From the NCBI GenBank assembly GCA_964187785.1, contig OZ076409.1, positions 80,044,001-80,108,000 on the forward strand: 64,000 nt of DNA. The letters run 5' to 3'. Positions 34,674 through 47,300 of this stretch are shown here, in pieces. The DNA is from Amphiscolops sp. MND2022. Lineage: Eukaryota. Within the stretch, counting starts at the first letter, position 1. Each line of letters begins with the position of its first letter. A program made the position numbers and the translations under genes. The notes beneath the pieces were generated by a model. The model had not been told where the DNA came from, did not search any database, and was given only the letters and a program-made list of their open reading frames with translations.

Positions 34674-36660
34674 AGATCTTTCCAAGATATTCAAGAATTT
34701 AAGATATTTCTAAGATCTTGGCTATATATTCAAGATGTCAAATGCTGGAAATAGAGATTTTGGCTCTCGAAGTAAAGACTCAAAATAAATTGTTTCCACA
34801 TTTTTACTGGTCAGATTTGGTTCAATTGGGAAATAGCGACAGCATATCAAATTTATCGCAGTTTATCGTTGTCAGAAAACGGATTTATTAAAATTCATTT
34901 TTAAAAAATAATAATAAAGTGATTGGGTTAAATTCGAAGCTTTCTTTCTTGAATATGATTCGGATAAAGAGAAGATAGGGCAAGAAAACGAAAAATGATA
35001 TACCCACCAGTTGCTTCAATTTTCAAACCTACACGTTGCAATGCTGGGTTGATTACTCGACCTCTGGGTTTGTTCAGCAGAGGTTAACAAATCATCACAT
35101 TTTGGACACGGTTTGAACTCATGTATAAGATGATCCCTGGTCTGATGACCTGACTAGACAACTGTTTGAGGTCATGAAATATTGGAAAAGCAGTCGCCAA
35201 ATATGAATGAGAAAAGAGCATCAAAAGGTAAACTGGTCATCGAAGCTCTTACAAAAGTATCAAGACAGTGTTTAACGATTAAAAGTTTCATGAGTGTTTA
35301 ATGAGTAGTTGTTTTTGTAAGATGTTTGTATTAAAATCAATTCTGATTGAATTTGGTTTGATAGAATTTTAAGGTCACATTGACTCAGCTTTATGTACTA
35401 AATGAAATGATGAGGTCACAGAGTAATCATATTGATGTAAAATTTTATTAGATAGATCCTGGTTTTCACAAGATTCGAAGTGCAAAAGTGCAAAATTTTC
35501 AAGTTCAAACCAATCCATTGCTGATTGGAACTCGCATTTTGTTTTATGATCACTTGCAGATCAGTTTCAAATGCAAGGATTCAAAAAGATGCATAGGTTA
35601 CAGCTGTAAAACTCATCCCTTGTTTTCAGCTAAATGTCTTCATTGATGGTCATACCTCACTGTAAAACTTTTCTCTTGGTCATTGTAACTATTGTTTAGA
35701 CTTTGCTATTTAGTTTCCGACCGGTATTAACTTTATGCACTGAATCTTTGCGGACCATCGGTCGAGAGAACCCCAAATAAAGTAAGTTAAAGATCAGAGT
35801 AATCAATGGTAATTGAATTTTGTGTGAATGCATAGTTAAAATACAATTTGCAGTATTACAATGTATTGAATGCCATATGAAGCATTCCGCTCAAACAAAA
35901 TCTACTTCACTTTGAAGTTACCAAATTTGTTATAACCAAAAGTTCATCGGACAGCTTTTGAAGCAAGTTAGTAAAATACACACTTAACTTTAGTTACCCA
36001 ATGCGTTGAACTTTTTTTCGGAATTTTTATATAAACAATCATAGTAGGCTCAATTGAAAAAAATACATTAAAATCGTGTGCAGACAAAAGCGCTTAAATA
36101 CAAAACACTTCGCTAAGTCTTGAGTCACCGTTAATTGGAAAAAATGTTCAGTGGATTAACTAAACCCTGATCACAATTGACTTTTTGATAACTATTCAAT
36201 AGCTACCAAAGTTTTTAATTTTTTGCCCTTTTTCCATAGGGGAAAACTAATTTAATTTCCCCGCTACTTTTTTCCTGCAAATTTTGCCATGTTTGACTTA
36301 GTACTCTAAGGATAGAGGTTGTTTTGCGAAATTAGGAAAAAACTAGGTTCGTACAATATTTATTTCAAGAGATGTTTTAACTAGAGATGTGGCTAAAATT
36401 AAAAGTGTCCTCTAAAAAAAGCGAAGAATCCAAATTGTTTGACGGTTTTTATGCCATTTTTGTAGAAATTTCGAATGTTATCAAGGGTACAATTATCCAA
36501 AGAACGACAAAACAGTTAGCTACTCAGCTTAATTTTTTAATAGAGAGGTCTGAAGCTTTTCTTGAATGAACGGGAATAAAATTAAACAAAAAGAACCAAG
36601 AAGGCAATCGTGCAAGTTTCGCAGTGTTGTCGCTAAAAATGTTTTCGTAACATTAATAAT

Positions 36661-37190
36661 AACAAGCCGAGAACGGCCAAAGTCGGCCCCATATCTAAGG
36701 CTCAAAATTTAAAAGGGGGACCCTTCGGGCTTTGTGAAACTCCAGCTGGTTGCAAAAAATTTGAAAAAAAATTGAAGGGGGGACCCTTTGGAGACATGAA
36801 AAAATTTCCCAAAAATTTTTTTAATGAGATTTTTGAACAGTGTCACAGTGCCGAAAAATGTAAAAGGGGGGCCCTTTGCGATTTTTTGACATCCATTGTG
36901 TTGCAAAATATCGAAACAAATGAAGGGGGACCCTCTGGTGCAATCCAAAAACTTCAAAAAAAGTGCTGAAAAAAAGTGGGGCTAAGGTGTGTTTTCGAGG
37001 TTGTGGACGTCTGTTTTGTTTTTTCTTTTCGTTTTGGACGCGCTTCTGAGGTTGGAGTTGTTGAGGTTTGAAGTTGTTGAAGTTTGAGGTTGTTGAACAA
37101 ATGAACAAAAAAGTGGACCTTTCGTGTCTGAAAAAAAACTACCCACTGTAATAGTCGGGCACATTTTCTACTAAAATGCGCCGACTAAAA
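36661..37190. mobile_element. Helentron/DINE-1-like non-autonomous element, family 1
   Basis: One end AACAAGCCG..AGTCGGC; other end hairpin AGTCGGGCACATTTT..AAAATGCGCCGACTAAAA; internal (GAGGTTGTT)-like microsatellite ~37048-37096. Confidence 0.65.
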
Positions 37191-38265
37191 ATTAATTTTA
37201 TTTTTTAGTCAAATACATCTTGTACAGTTATGTTGATCGGTTACAGTTACAGGTGAACATTTTAACAATCAACGTACCTTCTCAACGAAGAGGAGCTTGT
37301 TGTGATGGGTGGTGACTCACACACTGTTGATCTGGGATCACCGGGTCAGAGTTCAACCGATCCAGTTGATGAGGGCAATACCAGGTTTGATCGATGTTTT
37401 TAGTCAGCGCTTCATGAAGTGAAACGCAACTATTATACTGACTCTTTTTTCAATCCACACGAACTGACCAAAATAGTTCTTCAAAAGTTCTACGAAGTAT
37501 TATGGTGTCAAATTGAACCATTTCGCCTAGCGAACTGAACCAAAAAAGTTTTTCCTGTTTTTCCGGGTAAGATACAGTACCAGACGAGACTAAAGGGTCC
37601 ACCTTTTCAGTTTTTTTTCGGCATTGTGAGACTTTTTTTGAAAAAAATCCCCAAAGAGCCCCCTTCAATTTTTTAATGTTTTGCAACAATGAATGTTAAG
37701 ACATTCGAAAGGCCCCCTTTTAGCTCGCCAGGGGCCCGTACTAGCAGGACCCTGGCGCGCTAGTTCGGTCGTTTGGGTTTTTCGTTAGTTTGATACTCTA
37801 TTTGTGAGTTTGATTTTTTGAGTTTTTTGACGTTGCTTGATTTGCTTGATTACATCTTCCAATCAGGGAGTCCCTCTAAGTTTTCCCTAGTCCAAACCTG
37901 CCGCTAGTCGAGTGGTGGTACGCCGCTTTGCTCCTTTATTCAGTGGTCTAAAATTTTGTGTACATCATACCACTTAACGAACTGAAACCTTTAGTTTTAA
38001 AACGTTTTACCAGAAAGAAAGTTTCACTTCTTCCAATCCTCCCATGCTGGCATTTCACAGCAAGTCATTGACAACTGAATGACAAGTGGAAATTTTTTCA
38101 ACAGACGCCCGCTTAGCAGCAAGGTATTTTCCGCCCCAAAATGTTCTACAACGATATAAATTTGAGGGTCAAGAATAGCCAATGCACTATGAAAATGCAA
38201 AGAAGTTCGAAGAAAAGAAAATTTTGATTCCTCTTACCCATTTTTACAGCAAACACCTAATTAAT

Positions 38266-38814
38266 AACAAGCCGGGACCGGCCCAAGTCGGCGCCAAATC
38301 CAAGGCTCAAAAGTAGCAAAAAGACTTCCAAGTGTCAAGTATTCTTTTACAGTAGTCGAAAATCGAAAATTTTTCGAATTTTTTTTCAAAAAATTACATT
38401 TTAAAAAATGGACCGAGTGGCGCGCCGGGGCTCGCTAGCGCGAGCCCCTGGCGCGCTAACGTCTCACAATGCCGAAAAACTGAAAGGGGGGACCCTTTGA
38501 GGTTTTTCAACATCCATTCTGTCGCAAAACATCAAAAAAAATGCAGGGGGAACCCTTTGAGGAAAAAAATCCGAAAAAAATTGTCTCGCAGTGCCGAAAA
38601 AAATTTAAAGGGGAGACTCTTTGGTCTCGCCTGGTATGGTATGTTACGCGGAAAAACAGGTAAAACCATTTTGGTCCAGTTCGCTAGGCCAAATGGTGCT
38701 ATTTGACACCATAATATTTTGTAGAACTTTTAAGAACTATTTTGGTCAGTTCGTGTGGATAGAAAAAAAGAGTCACTATAATAGTCGCGTTTCACTTCAT
38801 GAAACGACTAAAAA
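38266..38814. mobile_element. Helentron/DINE-1-like element, family 1
   Basis: AACAAGCCGGGACCGGCCCAAGTCGGCGCC start; AGTCGCGTTTCACTTCATGAAACGACTAAAA hairpin end. Confidence 0.65.
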
Positions 38815-39568
38815 CGCTAAGTACCTTCGTTTTGTAGTTTAACTATGGATAACGCGGATTTCCTGCAACGTTAGAAGCAAGAATACGTGGGTTCGAGTCT
38901 TGCTCTCAACCAAAAAACACTTCATGTTGGAAATGTAGGGGTCGACCACAGGGTCCCCTTTTAGACATTTTTCAGGACTATGCGTTTTTGCAAACATACA
39001 CTCTTTCCTCAGTTTTCAGGAAAACCAACAGCGTTTTGCAAGCATAGCTGGCCTCTTTTTGTTTTTTCAGCACTGTGCGACTTACCATTTAAGTGAATTT
39101 TTTTGAAAAAATTTTTCCGAAAACAATTTGCGAATTTTTTTGTGCAGTTTTTAGGTTTTTGAGGTCTCTGTTTACCAGAGGGTGTTTTTCATCCTGTGGA
39201 GTTTTTCGTTGATTTTTGATAATGTGAAACTCTTGAGGTTTCTTATTGATTGTGGAAAATAGCTCTTTTTCGACTCTGCGCATCTTTTCGAAACATTCGT
39301 CTAGTCGAAGGGTTCACCTCAATTTCATAGCTGATTTCGGCTAGAAAAAATAATTTTCCGAGCTGAAACGTTTTTCGAGACTATGGGACATTTCCAAAAA
39401 AACTAAAAGTGGGGTTTTCCTTTCGGCGAAAATGTGGTTTCGGAGTCTCAGTCGTATTTCTTGGGGTAATTTTTCACACTGAGAAAAAGGGAAAAGTTTT
39501 GAGCTAGTGTCCGTTGCAAATTGAAGAAACTTGCGCTGGTCGCCAACATTGGCCGTTTCCGGTTTTTA

Positions 39569-39961
39569 TTAGTCGGCGCTTTTCGAAGAAAAACGCAGAC
39601 TATAGTAGTGACTTTTTTTTTAAGACCAACGAACTGACAGATTTTATAAATTTTATAAGTTGGCACTAAACCGGCACTAACTAAACTGTGTCACACTACT
39701 TCACTGCCACTTGGCCACTACGGCTTTTTCGAGGTCTGACAAGCAGAATGACATGGGTTCGAGTCCCGCCATGACCAAAATTTTTTCAAAAAATCTGATT
39801 TTTCAAAAAAATCGGATTTCAAAAAAATTTCAAAAAAATCGGATTTTTTTTCAATTTTTCCTCAAACGGGTACTGTAGAAGAGAATACTTGACACTTTGA
39901 AGTCCTTTTGTTATTTTTGAGCCTTAGATATGGCGCCGACTTGGGCCGTTCCCGGCTTGTT
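39569..39961. mobile_element. Helentron/DINE-1-like element, family 1, opposite orientation
   Basis: TTAGTCGGCGC...GCGCCGACT subterminal inverted repeats, then GCCG-TTCC-CGGC hairpin and TTGTT; contains a tRNA-like GGTTCGAGTCC box. Confidence 0.7.
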
Positions 39962-41355
39962 TATAATATAATAGATAACGTCACCAGAAGTGTCAAAAAT
40001 TGAAAACTTCAGATGTTTTTGACAACTCTGGGGTCAGCTTGACTAACTTTTCTAAAATGAAACTTTAGATGTTTCTTCCAAAAAGCCTAAAAAACCGAGT
40101 TAGGTTATTGTTGAATGTTTACAATGAAACCATGAATTAGCTCAAAAATTTCACAAAAAATTGGAACAAAACGTCAAAAATTTCTTGATTTTTGAATCAT
40201 TCTCGAGGTTTCTTCCAAAGGCAAAACCAATTTCCTTTGAAAGGCGTACTCTATACCTAGTGATTTTCCTTGGAGCGTTTTGAATGTTAAGTATTTGACA
40301 GAAAGTCGAACAAAAATTTACGTTTACAAGTAAAGTTAGCTGAAGTTGTGCGAGTAAAATTGTCCGAAACTTCGACAAAAAATGTCTAAAAGTGTTGAAA
40401 ATCGGGGAACTTTGGAAATTTGTCTTTTTCGGAGTCAATCCGAGACATCATTTATTTGAAATAACAGCTTTTATCTCTCCACTAGGCCTACTGGTCAACA
40501 AAGTCTTTCCTTGTTGACTCTTTTCAACATTCCAATCGACAGAGTCTGTTGAAACTTTGCATAAAAACTTTGAAAACTGCAAAATTTTGGAACTTTTGTT
40601 ATTTCCGGTGTCAATTTGAGAATTTATCAATACGAAAACCGCATTTTTCTCTTCATAAACACTACTGGACGACGAATTCTTATCTTGTTCGACGTTTTGA
40701 AAATTCTATTTCGCGATGTCTATCGAAACTTTCACAAAAGTGGATAAAAACGTTTGAAATCGGGAAACTTTTGAATTTTTATTTTCGGGGTCTTTTTTGT
40801 CATTCCCAAAAATGTCGAAGCATCTCTACAAAAACATATCGCACGAAGCAAAATTTATGTGAGTGGAATTCTGTTTATGACACTTTTCAATATGAATATA
40901 AATTTGGTGCTTGGCAAATTTTATGAAAAAACCGTTTTTTGAAATATTTTCTTTGCCCATATGGAGTTTGGGCGGAAAATTAAAAAATCAAAAGCGGACA
41001 TATCTCAGGACGTAAGCATTGCTTCACATTCTTTTTCTCGGGAAACTGGAAAAATATTTAAAGGCATTTCGTCTAAACTAGTTACATCGGTTGTCACTGA
41101 AACGTCGTCTACAGGTGTACAGTGCCATTGGTTGGATTGATTGCAAACTCGGGCCACATGAAGTCACGTTGCTGGTTGATCCTAAAATATCTGCAAACAT
41201 TTCCGTTCAAATAATTCGACCAATCATGGTGTTAAAACATGATGAAAAGCAGGAATTAGCATTTTGAAGATTGTGATCTCATTCGCCTGGCAATGTACAA
41301 ATTATCTTTGTGTTTTTGCCTAGAAATATTATGTTGAATTTATACTTGTTTTCAG

Positions 41356-44300
41356 CAATGGGTACCAAGAACCAAAATTGGACAACGTAGAGAATGGTAA
41401 GGTTCACTACAATGCCAAAACTGGAGTTACACTGGAAGAAGGAGAATCCTCGGAAGAGCCAAAAGGAAATTTCTGCGGGTACTTTGAAATCGTGAGTCCC
41501 TTGTTCAAATCTGGCTGTTTTCTGCTGAAACTCAAACAAAAGTATCGCAAACTAATCTTTCAATTTCAAAAGACATTCTGGAACTATCATTCTAAAAAAA
41601 TCACAAGGTAGGTAGTTTGTCTAACTTAGCTTGAAACTTTTTTCTGCTGCTTGCAGAAGCCTCAATGAAAATTTCTCCACATACTGAGAAAAGTCTAACA
41701 ATATAATCCCCAACCATTTGATAGGAAAACTGTGAAAACAATCTTCAAGGGCGTTGGCTTCGCAATGGCGAATTCGCATTGCTTTGATGATTGCAGTCGA
41801 GTTTTCACTGCAGTGAACATGTGTTGGTTTTTGTTTTAGTTTAAGTTTGCCAGTTGTCTGGACATTGCGCTGTTCATCATTGGTCTATTGGCTGCTGTGA
41901 TTAACGGTTGCTGTTTTCCCGCAATGGTCTACTTCATGTCTGACCTCATGGAGGAAATGTTGGTTCCTTACCAAGCCAAGGGCCCCAGTGGTACTACCAC
42001 TTCACCAACAGATGGGTCTAGCACCCTATCTTCCGAAGGTTGCTGTGACGTCATACAGTCTTATTCTTTCACGCCTTTTTTGCGCCTCTTCAATTTCTCA
42101 TTTTCAGATAGCGTAAATTTAATCTGACGCAAAATGTTGGCAAACTGGATTTGGTCACAGATCTAAAATGATCTCGATTGGAAAATCTGAGAACTTGTTC
42201 AGTATGTGTCTATTTGTTATCAAGGTTTCAATTTTGGGTGTTTAGCAAATGTGCTTTAATTTTCTCGATTAAAAAAGTACCACGCTCTGTTTGTTTCTTT
42301 ATAAACAAACATTGCATTGAAGAACATGTCATGTTACTTCGACATGGTTCATTTATGAACACTTGATATTTCATAAATTTTTCATTTTAGAAACGCAAGA
42401 TCAAATGATGGAAAAATTTGAAGATTCGGTTAACAAAATTTGTGCCCAGATCGCTATTGTCGGACTAGTCGCTTTCATCACATCTTACTTACAGGTTAGA
42501 AAATTTGTTGAATTTGAAACTAAAACTAGAATTTTGTACATGATATCAAAATTATGTTTACTTACATATTGTTTGCTACTAGATAATTTGTTTGTTGGCA
42601 CTTTGTTACTAGCTTTTGTCTGCTACTATTTATTTGCTAGTGAATGCAATTTGCTCAGCTTCAAACGTTGGGAGAGCCAAATAACAAACACTTCATCTTT
42701 GGATAGTTTTCTGGAGAAAACCCCTAAACCTTTGGTAACAGTCTGCTTAAGGCCCCGCTTAAAACTCAAAACAAGTAAATTCTCGTAGTAGACTCGTATC
42801 GATCTCACAGAGCCAAATATATTTGAAAAAGGCACATTTGAGATGCGAAAAACGCTTTTATATAACTGGGGAAACTAAAAAATCAAAAATTTAAAGAATT
42901 TTTTTTTCAAAAAAGTCCATGTTCAGAAAAAAACTCGAAAAGTCGCACAGTTCCAAACAACAGTCGAACATTTCAGTGTTAGCCATTTTCGAACCGACTA
43001 CATTCTACTTGTCAAAATACAGAAAAAAAACAAAAAAGAGCACTTTCTGTATCAATTGGTATGAATCAAGACGCCCGCTAAGCACCGCGATGGCCTGTCT
43101 TTTACAATGACATCTTTTTGTTTGTAAAATGATAGTATTCATTCAGAAAGATCCATTTTTTTACAATCTTCAGCTAACCAAATCTTTTTGTCCCCGTTTT
43201 TAGCCGGCGCACTTTAGAAAAAAATACATATGACCCATACGCTCCCATATGGCCCGGCACGTTGTATCCGAACTTTTTACGTCATATCCGAACTAAATTG
43301 CGTTCTATTAAGAAGAAGGCGGGGGTTCGAACATGCCGCACTATATCCGAATTTTGGTTTTTGAAGACCAGCGAACTGACACATTTCTATATGCACTTCT
43401 TTAAGAAAACTTTGTACCATCTAACTGCCACTTGTTTGGTACTACTATGATTTTACTCGAAAACGCCTTGAGCATAGTTTAAAACTTTGCGCGACTTGAG
43501 AAGGTCCCGTTTTGTTCCTCCAGACACAGAGCTCACTCTGTATGGTCTCTTTTTTAACAGACTTTATACTCAAAAATCTAGAGAACGATCGAAGAACCAA
43601 AGGGCCCTTTCTCTCGGAATTAAAAATTTTTACCTGATCTACAAAAGTATGTTTGACCAAATATCCTCCTTTGGTTAGTTTCAGGTCTCTGTGACGTTTT
43701 TCGAACTTTTTTCATTTCATCGATTAGCCTCGCTTTGGTTTTTTCGATGTTTCTGGTTATTAAAAATTCATTGTTTGCCAAAGGTCCCCACTAGAAAATT
43801 TTTTGAGGAGCATAGAATTTTTTCAGAAGTTTCCCAAAAGCATGTTGAGAGATTTTGCACTCCTTGAGCCTTGAGCCTTGACCGGTGCGCCAACTTGAGA
43901 CGTTCTGGTTTTTTTTGATGCTTTGTCAGCAGCATGTCATTCATTGAGAAGGGGTGAAAACTTCAACTCAAAGAAAAAGGAGATTTATTAGATGTCTTCA
44001 TATTTGAAGGCAAGCAATATATGATAAGAATGAGAAATTCAAATGAATGTCAAGTTGACCGTTTTAGATTGCCCTCGTTACGATAGCAGGGGAGAATATT
44101 CTACACAGAGTGAGAAAGAGGAGTTTCAAGGCCATTCTCAGACAGGACATTGGCTGGTTTGATCAACAGCAGACAGGAAAATTGGTCACACGATTGACAG
44201 AGTAAAAATTCTATACAGATTTCAAAGAATTTTTATCACAAAATCAAAAAACTTTTTTTTTGTTTTGCTCAGCGTCATTAATCACACAAAAGAACAGTGA

Positions 44301-47300
44301 CTGGTTAAACTGTTGCTGATTAAGTCAAGACACTTCGATGTTTCTATTTACTTTATATGGCTGAAAAGGCACTTGTTTAAAACCTTGGTAAAGTTCTTGC
44401 AAATGAGGTCATTGATTTCAATTTTTGCGAAAACCCAGAAACTTGTTGAAGAATGATACAAGCTTGTGATGCAAATTACTTGATCTCAACCCGGATTTAC
44501 CCTCCATGGATATCTCAGTAAGATCTTGGCAAGATCTTGGAACAATCTTGGCTAAGATCTTGTCAAGATCTTGTCATGGTATTCATTTTGCCATGGTAAG
44601 ATCTTACCAAGACAAGCATGTATCTAAGATAAATCTTGATAAGAAGCCCAAGATGGCAAGAAAAAATTTTTTAAAATAATTTCTTTGATTTTATTCCAGA
44701 TAATTTGAATCATTACGGGAAATCAAGGTCCAGGCTGAGAAATCGCGTAAAGACCCGGCAAAAGAATTATCATATGAATGTAACTATTTTCAGCACTCTT
44801 GATCGAAAATTTGAATTCTTAGAACTTTTCAGTGTTAGTAAGATTCCATCTTGGGATAATGATACATCTTGGTAAAATCTTAGTAAGAATCTTGCCATGG
44901 GATCCATGGTTGCCAAGATGTAGTAAGAATTTGGCAAGATCTTGCCATGGCTGCCAAGATGCTAGTAAGAGGCTCAACCCGGGAAGTTTATATAAATACC
45001 TCGCCATTGCAAAAGTTTCTGAGTTTACATTGAATGATTCTTGAACGCTATATATACTTCAGTGATCTGGAGAAAATTCGTCAAGGGGTATCAGACAAAA
45101 TCTCCATCTGTTTCCAATACGCTTCTTCTTTTGTGGTGGCATACGTTCTTGCCTTCACCTTTGGTCCTAAATTGGCTGCCGTCATGTGCGCAATTCTACC
45201 TCTCATGGTTTTCTGTGGCGTGGGATACGTGAGAGTAAGTCCTGCTGTTTCATGCCATAGTTAAATTGAGGAGAAAAGGAAAACCAACATACCAACAAGG
45301 CGCTTAAGTTTTCCTCAAAGCATCTTTTGATCCCCACAAAGTCTCTAACACTACGCAAAAAAACTCTAGTGTGCCCAGATAGGTTTTTATAAGAATGATA
45401 TAGTGCAAAAAAACAGACAAGAAAAAATTCAGTTTTGAAACTGCTTCAAATCGTTTCTTTCTTTAACATGGAGTTTAGAGGCAAAACATATGCGTCCAAC
45501 TTTAATGGGAAAACTTTCAAAGATAGAAGTTTAAATATAGGCATAGTTAAGCGTTTTCTGCTGAGCTCCATTCTCATGGAATTTCCAGGTTAACATCATA
45601 GGTATTCATTAACATCATTATAGGTCAACATCATAGGTATACTAAACTATAGTTTAATGAGCAAGATGCTTTCAGTACACTGTGACTGCCGCATCCGAGG
45701 AACAAGAGAAACACGGCGAAGCGGGGACGATTGCTCAACGAACTTTCTCTGCTATTCGAACTGTCGTCTCATTTGGAGGAGAGTACAAAGAAATTAAAGA
45801 GTTTGTAAAAAAATCTAGATTACATTTTCCAAACAAAAACCGACGACTGTCAGTGGGAATATATCTAAAATTACTTTAAAAACAAGACAACACTTGCTAA
45901 AACTTACTTGCTTTTGATTACATTATCAACTCAACTGTCAGATGATTACAGTCTGGGGAAAATATATAAAACTTTGGCTATAACCAAAACATCTGGTGAT
46001 CTAAAGTTGTTTGTTCCTGTTAAGATTGGTTAAAAAAGTTTTTCAATAATTGACGGATCTCCTTTTTTCTCTGAACCTCGATCGGTTTCGCTATTTAGAA
46101 ACTCAATAATCTCAATCATCAGACATCAGCGCTTTTTTAAGACAGCATTAGCAGAACCTCAGTTTAACTTCAGGTACAACGGCAAATTGAAAGAAGCCAA
46201 AAAGCTGGAATTCAAACAGATTTTTCTGGCGGGTTCCTTCTTCGGGGGGATCTACGGAGCCCTGTTTCTCACGTACTCGAGTGCCTTCTGGTACGGACCC
46301 AAAGAGGTCATAAACGGAAACATGACGACCATGGAAGTTTTCACCGTTCTGTTCACGGTAGTCGTTGGGTCCATGAGTGTAGCACAAGCTGGTCCTGTGG
46401 TTGGATTGGTGACGTCAGGGGCTGCGTCATACCAATTTCTCAAATCCATCATAAAAAGGGTAAACACTCTGTTTATAGTGGTATAAAGATCAAACTCTGA
46501 TTAAATATTTTTAAATGATTATTTTGTCCAGACTTGAACTGGTTCTTGGTACCATTAGTAAGGAAACTTTTTCGATAAGATCGGTCTACTACGTAGCAAA
46601 GTCTATTACGCACGTCGTACTACTTTTGTGTATGTGAGTTCACAATTGATGAGCTTTTTTACCAGAAGAAAGGAGGGGTTTTCAATCCTAAAGTTTCTGT
46701 TGGTTTCAATCTTAGATATGAAAAGTTGTTACTCATTTAGCTTTTGATGGAAAGGTAAGTTTCAAATGCATAGCTAATAAAACTTACAGACACAGCTTGC
46801 TAATAAGTTTTGAGATTGCAATGTAATGATTAATTTTTCGGTATTTGGGATCATCAACAATTTCAGTTTCGCATATTCAGTTTTTGCCTTTATAAAATGA
46901 ACTTACAATCAATCAAGCGGTAATAAATGAATGAACGAAATTATTGAACCTCTATTTATTGAAACCCTCTATTTTTGAAGTTTCTTCAAACAAGACGCCC
47001 GCTGACCAGAAGGATATTTTCCGTCCCAACTGTTCTAACACTGACATATTTTTTAGGCTCAAGAGTAGCGATTGCACTATGAAAACGCTTAAAAGATTGA
47101 TGAAACAAAATTTTTTGACATTTTTTGAATTATATCATCCCATTTCAGAAGGATACACTTCAAAAAATTGAACACCTATTTGCTTTTTGTCGGCCTGTGT
47201 GGATACCAAAACCTAACCAATCATATTTCCATATTTTTGCACGAAAAGTCACCAAACTTGTCAAACTTTGGAATTTTTTGAGTTTCCGACAACTTTGCGG

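Larger units (their letters stand above)
38100..40983. mobile_element. Helentron-like long repeat, family 2, with nested family-1 copies
   Basis: Starts ACAGACGCCCGC..ATTTTCCGCC and ends CCATATGG..GGGCGGAAAAT (inverted subterminal motif), as in copies at 46989 and 57264. Confidence 0.6.

Noticed and set aside
39690..39780. Functional tRNA genes (also 1562-1635 and ~38840-38910)
   Set aside because: Only box-like motifs; no convincing cloverleaf; embedded in repeats.
38266..39961. Single MITE with ~90 bp TIRs
   Set aside because: Each end belongs to a separate, oppositely oriented family-1 copy with its own other terminus.
44489..44982. CRISPR-like array
   Set aside because: Irregular short units without unique spacers; eukaryotic context; no cas genes.
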